DNA of 64,000 bases from Candidatus Eiseniibacteriota bacterium (GTDB lineage Bacteria > Eisenbacteria > RBG-16-71-46). Of this stretch, positions 53,275-61,341 are shown piece by piece (positions within the stretch are counted from its first letter, which is position 1; the number at the start of each line of letters is the position of its first letter). Position numbers and translations under genes: made by a program. The stretch is from NCBI GenBank assembly GCA_044222065.1, contig JBGAOA010000002.1, positions 32,001-96,000 of the forward strand. Reading direction: 5' to 3'. The notes beneath the pieces are model-generated. The model worked only from the letters and a program-made list of their open reading frames with translations, made no database searches and was not told the DNA's origin.

Positions 53275-53723
53275 AGGGCCCGGAAGTGGACGCCGGCGCA
53301 ACCGGGGCCGACGCCGCTCTCGAGTGGCGCGTCGTGCCGTGGCGCGAGCGCCCCGCGCGCGCCGCCGTCGGCGTGCTGCTCGCGGCCGGGTTGTGCGCGG
53401 CGGTCGCGTCGCAGCGGCTCGGATTCGTGCCGACGCTCGCGCTCTCCGTCGCGTCGGTCGCCGCCGTCGCGCCGCTGTTCGCTTCCGCGCGCTGCCGGAT
53501 CGACGGCGACGGGCCGGGCCGGCGCGGCGCGCTCGGCTGGGAGCGGCGCCGGTGGACGGACGTGCGCCGCGCGCGGCTCACCGCGCGCGCGCTCGTGCTC
53601 TCGCCCTACGCGCGCCCCCACTGGCTCGACGCCTACCGCGCGCTCGTGCTGCCGCTGCCCGCCGGCGCCGACGCGGGCTGGCGCGACCGGCTGCGCGCGA
53701 CGCTGGAGCGACATGGCCTCTGA
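53271..53723 (+). CDS. Hypothetical membrane protein (2 TM + small soluble domain)
   Basis: GTGA overlap with gcvPB stop; two hydrophobic segments; stop overlaps next start. Confidence 0.65.
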   Translation: MKGPEVDAGATGADAALEWRVVPWRERPARAAVGVLLAAGLCAAVASQRLGFVPTLALSVASVAAVAPLFASARCRIDGDGPGRRGALGWERRRWTDVRRARLTARALVLSPYARPHWLDAYRALVLPLPAGADAGWRDRLRATLERHGL

Positions 53724-54022
53724 CGCACGGACGCTCGCGGCCGACGACCGCGCGCTGATCGAGCGCGTGGCTGCCCGGATCGCGGAGCTGCGCCTCGAGG
53801 TGCCGGCGCTCCTCACGATCGAGAGCGGGCGCCCGCTGTCGCTGCTCGCGAGCCAGACGATGCTGTTCTTCGAGCCGATCGTGCTCGCGCTGCTCCGGCT
53901 CGACTACCGCTTCGCGCGCCTCGTCGAGGACCGTGGCGCGCTCGAGGCGCTGTCGTGCGCGATCGAGGCCGCCGTCGAGGCGCGAGGCGGCGCGGCGCGC
54001 CGCGCGGGGGGGACGGGCGTGA
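53713..54022 (+). CDS. Small hypothetical protein; as sequenced it reads in-frame into the GlmL-like gene
   Basis: LIERVA..I...RLEVPALL.IES.RPLS.LASQ..LFFEP; would end at TGA 54020-54022 if the G7 run at 54006-54012 were G6. Confidence 0.6.
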
Positions 54023-55830
54023 GCCTCGATCCGAACGCGATCCGCTCGATCCTCGCGACCGACTGCGGCTCGACGACGACCAAGGCGATCCTGATCGAGC
54101 GCGGCGACGACGGTTACCGTCTCGTCGTACGCGGCGAGGCGCCCACGACGGTCGAGGCCCCGCACGAGGACGTGACGCGCGGCGTGCTCAATGCGATTCG
54201 CGAGATCGAGGAGCTGGCGGGGCGGCGGATCCTCGACGGTGAGCGCATCGTGTCGCCCGCGAACGGCGACGTGGGCGTGGACCTGTACCTCTCGACCTCG
54301 AGCGCGGGCGGCGGGCTCCAGATGATGGTGTCGGGCCTCGTGCTGCAGATGACCGGCGAGAGCGCGCAGCGTGCCGCGCTCGGCGCCGGCGCGATCGTGA
54401 TGGACGTGATCGCCCTCAACGACGGCCGTCGGCCGCACGAGAAGATCCGCCGGCTGCGGCAGCTGCGTCCCGACATGATTCTCATGTCCGGCGGCACGGA
54501 CGGCGGCGACGTGAAGCGCGTGGCCGAGATGGCCGAACTGCTCGTGGCCGCCGATCCGCGCGCCCGGCTCGGCGCCGGCTACGAGATGCCCCTGATCTAC
54601 GCGGGCAACCGCGACGCCGCGCCGGTCGTGAGCGACAATCTCGCGCGCCGGACGGCGCTCAGCGTCGTGCCGAACCTGCGGCCGTCGCTCGAGCGCGAGA
54701 ACCTGAAGCCCGCGCGCGACGCGATCCACGACCTCTTCATGGAGCACGTGATGGCGCACGCGCCGGGCTACCGGCGGCTGCGCGAGTGGTCGCCCGTGCC
54801 GATCATGCCGACGCCGGGCGCGGTCGGCCTGCTGATCGAGAAGGTCGCGCGGCGCGACGGCCTCGCGGTCGTCGGCGTGGACATCGGCGGCGCGACGACG
54901 GACGTGTTCTCGGTGTTCCAGGGCGTGTTCAACCGCACGGTGTCCGCGAACCTCGGAATGAGCTACTCGGTGTCGAACGTCATGGCGGAGGCCGGCATCG
55001 AGAACATCCTGCGCTGGGTGCCGTTCGCCGTGGACGAGGCGGAACTGCGGAACCGGATCAAGAACAAGATGATCCGCCCGACGACGATCCCGCACACGCT
55101 CGAGGACCTCGTGATCGAGCAGGCGATCTCGCGCGAGGCGCTGCGACTCGCGCTCGAACAGCACAAGGCGCTCGCGGTCGGGCTCAAGGGCGTGCAGACC
55201 GAGCGCACGATCTCGGACATCGTGGCGCAGGAAGAGAGCGGCGCCTCGCTCGTGAACCTGCTCGACCTCGGGCTCGTCGTGGGTTCGGGCGGCGTGCTGT
55301 CGCACGCCCCGCGGCGGGCGCAGGCCGCGGCGATGATGGTGGACGCGTTCCTGCCCGAGGGGCTGACGCAGCTCGCCGTGGACAGCATCTTCATGATGCC
55401 GCAGCTCGGCGTGCTCTCGACCGTGCACGAGGAGGCGGCGGCGCAGGTGTTCGAGAAGGACTGCCTGATCCGGCTGGGCGCCGTGCTCGCGCCGATCGGG
55501 ACGTCGCGACCCGGCCAGCCGTGCGTGTCGGTCGAGGTCGCCGTGCCGGGGCACGTCGCGACCGAACGCAAGGTCGCGTTCGGCGAGATGGCGCTGCTGC
55601 CGCTGCCGCCGACCGGCACCGCGCGCGTCACCGCCGTGCCCGACCGCGCGTTCGACCTCGGTCTCGGGCGCGGTCGCCCGCTCACGGCCGACGTTCCGGG
55701 CGGCGTCGTCGGCCTGATCGTGGACGCCCGCGGCCGCCGGCCGTTCACGCTCCCGGACGCGCCCGCCGCGCGGATCGCGAAGCTGCGCGAGTGGAATCGC
55801 GCGCTCGGCCTCTACCCGCGGGAGGTGTGA
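54019..55830 (+). CDS. GlmL/MutL-like ('glutamate mutase L') ASKHA-fold ATPase
   Basis: Actin-like motifs ATDCGSTTTKA and VDIGGATTDVFS; SSAGGGL; GGTDGG; YAGN; GSGGVLSHAP; DARGR. Confidence 0.85.
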   Translation: MSLDPNAIRSILATDCGSTTTKAILIERGDDGYRLVVRGEAPTTVEAPHEDVTRGVLNAIREIEELAGRRILDGERIVSPANGDVGVDLYLSTSSAGGGLQMMVSGLVLQMTGESAQRAALGAGAIVMDVIALNDGRRPHEKIRRLRQLRPDMILMSGGTDGGDVKRVAEMAELLVAADPRARLGAGYEMPLIYAGNRDAAPVVSDNLARRTALSVVPNLRPSLERENLKPARDAIHDLFMEHVMAHAPGYRRLREWSPVPIMPTPGAVGLLIEKVARRDGLAVVGVDIGGATTDVFSVFQGVFNRTVSANLGMSYSVSNVMAEAGIENILRWVPFAVDEAELRNRIKNKMIRPTTIPHTLEDLVIEQAISREALRLALEQHKALAVGLKGVQTERTISDIVAQEESGASLVNLLDLGLVVGSGGVLSHAPRRAQAAAMMVDAFLPEGLTQLAVDSIFMMPQLGVLSTVHEEAAAQVFEKDCLIRLGAVLAPIGTSRPGQPCVSVEVAVPGHVATERKVAFGEMALLPLPPTGTARVTAVPDRAFDLGLGRGRPLTADVPGGVVGLIVDARGRRPFTLPDAPAARIAKLREWNRALGLYPREV

Positions 55831-55831
55831 C

Positions 55832-56956
55832 GTGTCCGCCACCTACACGCCGGGCCTGCGCGTCACCGCCTCCGCACTCCTGCGTCGCGAGCGGCGGCTG
55901 CCGCTCAAGGGCGAAGTCCTCGTGAGCGCGGGGCAGGGCGTCGAGGCCGGAACGGTCGTCGCGCGCACCGACCTGCCGGGCAACGTGCAGACGGTGAACC
56001 TCGCGTCGCGGTTGTCGCTGGATCCGGCACGCGTCGAGAGCGCGCTCACGAAGCGCGTCGGCGAGTCGGTGCGGAAGGGCGAGACGCTCGCGGAGTCGAA
56101 GAGCCTGTTCGGGCTCGTCAAGAACTCGGTCGCCGCTCCCGCGGACGGCGTCATCGAGAGCGCCTCGCACGTCACGGGGCAGCTGATCCTGCGCGAGCCG
56201 CCGATCCCGGTCGAGGTCAACGCCTACGTGCGCGGCGTCGTCGTCGAGGTGCTGCCCGGGGAAGGCGTCGTCGTCGAGACGCACGGCGCGTTCCTGCAGG
56301 GAATCTTCGGCGTGGGCGGCGAGGCGTGCGGCCCGGTGAAGATCGCGGTGGACGATCCCGGGACCGATCTCACCCCCGACCGCATCACCGGCGAGCACCG
56401 CGGCGCCGTCGTCGTCGGCGGCGCGAAGATCTCGTTCGACGCGATCGCACGCGCGCGCGACGTCGGCGCGGCCGCGATCGTCGCCGGCGGACTCGACGAT
56501 GCCGATCTCAAGCGGCTGCTCGGCCGCGACCTCGGCGTCGCGATCACCGGGTCCGAGGACCTGGGCGTGACCGTGATCGTCACCGAGGGCTTCGGCCGCA
56601 TCCCGATGGCGGCCCGCGCCTGGAAGCTGCTGCGCGGCTGCGAGGGCCGCGACGCGTCCGTGAGCGGCGCGACGCAGATCCGAGCGGGCGTGATGCGCCC
56701 CGAGCTCGTGATTCCGGATCCGGCCACGAGCGCGCCCTCGGGCGAGACGGACGCGATCCCGGGCCTCGCGATCGGCGCCCAGCTGCGCGTCATCCGCGAG
56801 CCGTACTTCGGGCGAATCGGCACGGTCGTCGCGCTGCCGGCGGAGCTCCAGCCGCTCGAGACGGAGGCGCACGTGCGCGTGCTCGTGGTGGAGTTCGCCG
56901 ACGGCGGCGGCCGCGTCGTCGTGCCGCGGGCGAACGTCGAACTCATCTCGTCGTGA
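55832..56956 (+). CDS. Conserved hypothetical protein with biotinyl/lipoyl-like hybrid motifs and KOW-like C-terminus
   Basis: VSAGQGVEAGTVVA and VGESVRKGETLA..AAPADGVI half-motifs; QGIFGVGGE; TEGFG; IGAQLRVIREPYFGRIGTV. Confidence 0.75.
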   Translation: MSATYTPGLRVTASALLRRERRLPLKGEVLVSAGQGVEAGTVVARTDLPGNVQTVNLASRLSLDPARVESALTKRVGESVRKGETLAESKSLFGLVKNSVAAPADGVIESASHVTGQLILREPPIPVEVNAYVRGVVVEVLPGEGVVVETHGAFLQGIFGVGGEACGPVKIAVDDPGTDLTPDRITGEHRGAVVVGGAKISFDAIARARDVGAAAIVAGGLDDADLKRLLGRDLGVAITGSEDLGVTVIVTEGFGRIPMAARAWKLLRGCEGRDASVSGATQIRAGVMRPELVIPDPATSAPSGETDAIPGLAIGAQLRVIREPYFGRIGTVVALPAELQPLETEAHVRVLVVEFADGGGRVVVPRANVELISS

Positions 56957-56979
56957 GCGCCGCGGCGGACGCATTGTCG

Positions 56980-57009
56980 TTGACTTCGATTCCGAGCGGT
57001 TGCTAGCTT
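56980..57009 (+). promoter_or_regulatory. Putative sigma70 promoter for the four-membrane-protein unit
   Basis: TTGACT-N18-TAGCTT with TG extension. Confidence 0.5.
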
Positions 57010-57083
57010 CGCCGCGATTCGCGCGGTCGCAAAGGAGTGCGGACGGGGCCTCGGCCCCGGAAAGTGAGGTGCCGTTGCGAGGG

Positions 57084-58313
57084 ATGGCGACGCGAAGGCC
57101 CGTCGGCCGCTGCATCCTCGCCGTGCTCGCGGCCGTCGTCGCGACGTGCGCCGCGGGTCCCGTCGGCGCCGAGGAGGCCCCGCCCGACGGCGGTGCGTTC
57201 TCTCCCGCACCCGCGGTCGCCGATACGACCCCCGCCGCTCCGCGCCCGGCCTCGGGACTCGTCGCGACCGACGTGCCGAACGACGCAGGCCGCGGCATCG
57301 CGCTGCGCTGGCGGCTCTCGCCGGACGACTCGCTCGGGCTGGTCGTGCGCTACGACGTCGAGCGCTCGGAGGCGCCGAGCGGCCCGTGGGCGCTCGTGGA
57401 CTCGGTGGACGCCGGCGCGAACGAGCGCGTGGACCAGTCGGTGCGGCGGAACACGGAGTACTTCTATCGCATCACGACGATCGGTCCCGGCGGGCGCGCG
57501 CCCGGACGCAGCGTGACTGGGCCCGTTCGCGCGCGCTCGTCCTGGATCAACACGACGCGCTGGAGCGTTCTCGCCCTGATGGTCGCGTTCTTCGCCTTCG
57601 TCCTCTACTACATCGCGAGCGCCCAGGCGGGGAAGAAGCCGTTCGTGCGGCGCATTCCCGGAGTGGACGCGATCGAGGAGGCGATCGGGCGCGCGACCGA
57701 GATGGGGCGCCCGGTGCTCTACGTGCCGGGCATCCTCGACATCGACGACATCCAGACCGTCGCGGGCCTCGTCATCCTGGAGTCGGTCGCGCGGCTCACG
57801 GCCAAGTACGAGACCCCGATCACCGTGCCCGTCAGCTACCCGATCCCGTTCACGATCGCCGAAGAGATGGTGAAGGGCGGCTACCTGCACGCGGGCCGTC
57901 CCGACGCGTATCCGGGCGACAGCGTACGCTTCGTCTCGCCGGAGCAGTTCGCGTACGTCGCCGCCGTCACGGGCATCATGCTGCGCGACCGTCCCGCCGC
58001 CCACATCTTCATGGGTGCGTTCTACGGCGAGTCCCTGATGCTCGCCGAGACCGGGTTCTCGACCGGCGCGATCCAGGTCGCGGGCACCGCGAACGTTCAC
58101 CAGCTGCCGTTCTTCGTCGTGGCCTGCGACTACACGCTCATCGGCGAAGAGCTGTTCGCCGCGAGCGCGTACCTGTCGGGCGAGCCTAAGCTCGTCGGCG
58201 GCCTCAAGGGCGCCGACCTCATGAAGCTCGTCGTCATCGCCATCATCGTCATCGGCTGCATCCTCGAGACGCTGCACGTCCACGGTCTCACGACGTGGAT
58301 GGCGACCCAGTAG
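57084..58313 (+). CDS. Exported FN3-like domain + TM + conserved domain (recalled as DUF6754); start uncertain (57069-57084)
   Basis: Signal peptide, DVPND.G..I.L.W..Y.VERS..Y.YRI FN3-like pattern, TM, RRIPG.DAIEEAIGRATEMGRP, DYTLIGEELFAASAYLS. Confidence 0.75.
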   Translation: MATRRPVGRCILAVLAAVVATCAAGPVGAEEAPPDGGAFSPAPAVADTTPAAPRPASGLVATDVPNDAGRGIALRWRLSPDDSLGLVVRYDVERSEAPSGPWALVDSVDAGANERVDQSVRRNTEYFYRITTIGPGGRAPGRSVTGPVRARSSWINTTRWSVLALMVAFFAFVLYYIASAQAGKKPFVRRIPGVDAIEEAIGRATEMGRPVLYVPGILDIDDIQTVAGLVILESVARLTAKYETPITVPVSYPIPFTIAEEMVKGGYLHAGRPDAYPGDSVRFVSPEQFAYVAAVTGIMLRDRPAAHIFMGAFYGESLMLAETGFSTGAIQVAGTANVHQLPFFVVACDYTLIGEELFAASAYLSGEPKLVGGLKGADLMKLVVIAIIVIGCILETLHVHGLTTWMATQ

Positions 58314-58323
58314 GAGCGCGCGC

Positions 58324-58974
58324 GTGAAACGGGAAGTGCCGCTGTTCATCACCGCCGTGATCGGGCTGTTCATGATCCTGTCGTTCTTCGTGCCGCACGA
58401 GTGGGTGAGCGTGCCCGCGGACTTCCTGCAGCTGTGCGCGGTGATCGCGGTCGCGTTCGGCTACGTGCTCGGCGGCGCGAACGTGCTGCGCGTGAACTTC
58501 GACGGCATCTCGAAGCGCGAGCCCGGCTGGCCCTTCAAGCTCGTGCTCGTGCTCGCGCTCCTCACGACGGTCGCGGTCGGTGCGATGGAGGGCGAGGGGT
58601 TCCTGAATCCCGGCACGCGCAGCAAGTGGATCTACGACAACGTCTATTCGCCGATGAGCGCGACGATGTTCGCGCTGCTCGCGTTCTTCATCGCCTCGGC
58701 CGCGTTCCGCGCGTTCCGCATCCGCACGCTCGAGGCCGGCTTCCTCGCCGCGGCCGCGCTGATCGTGATGCTGGGGCGCGTGCCGATCGGGAACGTCATG
58801 ACGTCGTGGCTGCCCGAGCCGCTGCGGCTCCCCGTCGTGCAGGAGTGGATCATGGAGATCCCGCAGAACGCCTCGAAGCGCGCGATCCTCATGGGCGCGG
58901 CGCTCGGCGTCATGGCGACGGGGCTGCGCGTGATCCTCGGCATCGAGCGTTCCTACCTGAGCGGGGAGGACTGA
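58324..58974 (+). CDS. Hypothetical multi-pass membrane protein
   Basis: About 6 hydrophobic segments; TMFALLAFFIASAAFRAFR; LRVILGIERSYL. Confidence 0.8.
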   Translation: MKREVPLFITAVIGLFMILSFFVPHEWVSVPADFLQLCAVIAVAFGYVLGGANVLRVNFDGISKREPGWPFKLVLVLALLTTVAVGAMEGEGFLNPGTRSKWIYDNVYSPMSATMFALLAFFIASAAFRAFRIRTLEAGFLAAAALIVMLGRVPIGNVMTSWLPEPLRLPVVQEWIMEIPQNASKRAILMGAALGVMATGLRVILGIERSYLSGED

Positions 58975-58975
58975 C

Positions 58976-59818
58976 GTGAAGCTGCTGCACTCGCTCGAGC
59001 GCGTGGACCGGCGCTGGCTGTTCCTGCTGATGGGACTGCTCGTACTGCTGCCGCTGCTCTTCCCGCTCAGCCTGCCGATCTTCGTCTCGCAGCCGACGCA
59101 GGGCTTCTACGACGCGATCGCGAAGATCCCCGACGGCTCCACGGTGCTGTTCTCGTGCGACTACGATCCCGGCTCGATCCCCGAGATGGTGCCGATGACG
59201 CGCTCGGCGCTGCGCCAGATGATGCGCAAACGCTGCAAGCTCGTCGTCACGGTGCTGTGGCCCGGCGGGCCGGGGCTCGTGGACCTCGTGATCCGCGACC
59301 TGCTCGCCGAGGAGTTCCCGGACCGGACGTACGGCGTGGACTGGGTGAACCTCGGCTACAAGTCGGGCAACGAGGCCGTGATGGTGCTCATGGGGCAGGG
59401 CATCGCGAACGCGTTCCCGAAGGACTACCGCGGCAACGACGTCAACGCGCTGCCGCTCATGCGCACGGTGCGCGACTACTCGAGCTTCCCGATCCTCGTG
59501 AACATCTCGTCGGGCTACCCGGGCACGAAGGAGTGGGTCCAGCAGGTGCAGGCGCGATTCCACCTGCCGATGGTCGCGGGCGTCACCGCCGTGAGCGCGC
59601 CGGAGTTCTATCCGTACCTCCAGTCGGGCCAGCTGCTCGGACTGCTCGGCGGCATGGCGGGCGCGGCCGAGTACGAGAAGCTCGTGGGCGACCTGCCCGG
59701 CCCCGGCACGGCGCAGCGCGGCATGGACGCGCAGTCGCTCGCGCACGTGTTCGTGGCGCTCTGCATCCTGCTCGGCAACGTCGTTCAGTGGTCGAGGCGG
59801 CGGGGGGCCGGCTCGTGA
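58976..59818 (+). CDS. Hypothetical membrane-anchored protein (N- and C-terminal TM, central alpha/beta domain)
   Basis: DYDPGS.PE, DWVNLGYK.G, YPYLQSGQ..GLLGG..GAAEYE, MDAQS.AH. Confidence 0.8.
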   Translation: MKLLHSLERVDRRWLFLLMGLLVLLPLLFPLSLPIFVSQPTQGFYDAIAKIPDGSTVLFSCDYDPGSIPEMVPMTRSALRQMMRKRCKLVVTVLWPGGPGLVDLVIRDLLAEEFPDRTYGVDWVNLGYKSGNEAVMVLMGQGIANAFPKDYRGNDVNALPLMRTVRDYSSFPILVNISSGYPGTKEWVQQVQARFHLPMVAGVTAVSAPEFYPYLQSGQLLGLLGGMAGAAEYEKLVGDLPGPGTAQRGMDAQSLAHVFVALCILLGNVVQWSRRRGAGS

Positions 59819-60501
59819 GTCTGCACGTCTCGGCCGACCTCGGCATCTGGTGCGGCGCGCTGCTGACGCTGTGCGTGTTCAGCTTCCTCTACAAGGACAA
59901 TCCGCTCTACAAATTCGCCGAGCACCTGTTCGTGGGCGTGTCGGCCGGCTACTACATCATCCTGAACTTCTGGACCGTGATCTGGCCGAACCTGCTGCAG
60001 CCGCTCGCAAGGTCGTTCGCGGGCCGCGGCGACACGGCGCGCACGGGCATGTTCGCCGCCGAACTCGGCGACTACCGCGGACTGCTGCTCGTGCCGGCGC
60101 TGCTCGGACTGCTGCTGCTCACGCGGCTGTTCGGGAAGATCGGGTGGCTCTCGCGCTGGTCGCTCGCCGTCATCATCGGCGTGTACGCCGGCATCAAGAC
60201 GACGGGCTTCGCGCAGGGCGACTTCGTCGCGCAGCTGCAGGCGAGCCTGCAGCCGCTCTGGACCGGACAGCTCGGCTCGAGCGTGAGCGCGATCCTGTTC
60301 ACGATCGGGCTCATCACGTCGCTGCTGTTCTTCTTCTTCAGCCGCGAGCACCGGGGCGGCCTCGGCGTGCTGTCGCGCGTCGGCATGCTGTTCCTCATGG
60401 TGGGCTTCGGCGCGGGGTACGGCTACACCGTGATGTCGCGGGTGTCGCTGCTGATCGGCCGGTTCCAGTTCCTGATCGAGCAGTGGCTCGGCCTGCGCTG
60501 A
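59815..60501 (+). CDS. Hypothetical multi-pass membrane protein
   Basis: GTGA overlap; FSFLYKDNPLYKFAEHLFVG; FFFFSREH; FLMVGFGA.YG.TVMSR.SLLIGR. Confidence 0.8.
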   Translation: MSLHVSADLGIWCGALLTLCVFSFLYKDNPLYKFAEHLFVGVSAGYYIILNFWTVIWPNLLQPLARSFAGRGDTARTGMFAAELGDYRGLLLVPALLGLLLLTRLFGKIGWLSRWSLAVIIGVYAGIKTTGFAQGDFVAQLQASLQPLWTGQLGSSVSAILFTIGLITSLLFFFFSREHRGGLGVLSRVGMLFLMVGFGAGYGYTVMSRVSLLIGRFQFLIEQWLGLR

Positions 60502-60532
60502 GCGCGGGCGCCGTACCGCCGGGGCGGACGCC

Positions 60533-61279
60533 GTGCTGAACCTGTGGTGCGACGACGGCCACCCGGCGCGCGAGAACATGCGCCGCGACGCGGCGCTGCT
60601 CGCGGCGGCCGAGGACGGCGCGGCGCCGGTGCTGCGGCTCTTCCGCTTCGATCCGCCGGGCCTCACGCTCGGGCACGCGCAGGACCCCGCGGCCGAACTC
60701 GACCTCGAGGCGTGCGAGCGCGACGGCGTCGAGTGGGCCGTCCGCCCGACGGGCGGGCGCGCGATCTTCCACGAGCACGAGTGGACGTACGCGTTCGCGT
60801 CCGCCGCCGACGACCCGGAGTGGGGCGGCGACCTCGCGGTCGCGTACGAGAAGGTGTCGCGGCTCGTGCGCGACTCGCTCGCGGATCTCGGCGTGCCGGT
60901 CGCGTTCGCGGGCGGACATCGCGGGCGGCTCGAAGGCGACCGCGCGAGCGCGGCCTGCTTCGCCTCGACCGCGCGCCACGAACTCGTCGTCGCGGGGCGC
61001 AAGCTCGCCGGGAGCGCGCAGCGACGGACGAGCCGCGCGTACCTGCAGCAGGGCAGCGTGCTGCTCGGCCCGGGGCACCTGCGGCTCGCGGAATTCCTGG
61101 CGCTGCCCGACGCGCGACGGGCAGCGGCGCGCGATGCGCTCGCGCGGTCGGCCACGGACGCCGGGGCGTGGATCCCGCCGGCGACGCCGCTCGGGCGCTG
61201 GGCCGATGCGATCGAGCGCGTGCGGCCCGGCGTTCATCGCGAGAACGGCGACGCCGGCCGACGGTGGTTGACCCTGTGA
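60533..61279 (+). CDS. Lipoate-protein ligase / octanoyltransferase (LplA/LipM family, catalytic domain only)
   Basis: NM..D.ALL, RPTGGRAIFH, CF, GRKLAGSAQ, LQQGS. Confidence 0.88.
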   Translation: MLNLWCDDGHPARENMRRDAALLAAAEDGAAPVLRLFRFDPPGLTLGHAQDPAAELDLEACERDGVEWAVRPTGGRAIFHEHEWTYAFASAADDPEWGGDLAVAYEKVSRLVRDSLADLGVPVAFAGGHRGRLEGDRASAACFASTARHELVVAGRKLAGSAQRRTSRAYLQQGSVLLGPGHLRLAEFLALPDARRAAARDALARSATDAGAWIPPATPLGRWADAIERVRPGVHRENGDAGRRWLTL

Positions 61280-61297
61280 GAACGCGATTCCTATACT
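61268..61297 (+). promoter_or_regulatory. Putative sigma70 promoter for the peptide ABC operon
   Basis: TTGACC-N18-TATACT. Confidence 0.6.
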
Positions 61298-61341
61298 GCC
61301 GCGCACTTTCGCCGCCGCACCGCTCCACGGGAGACTTCCAC

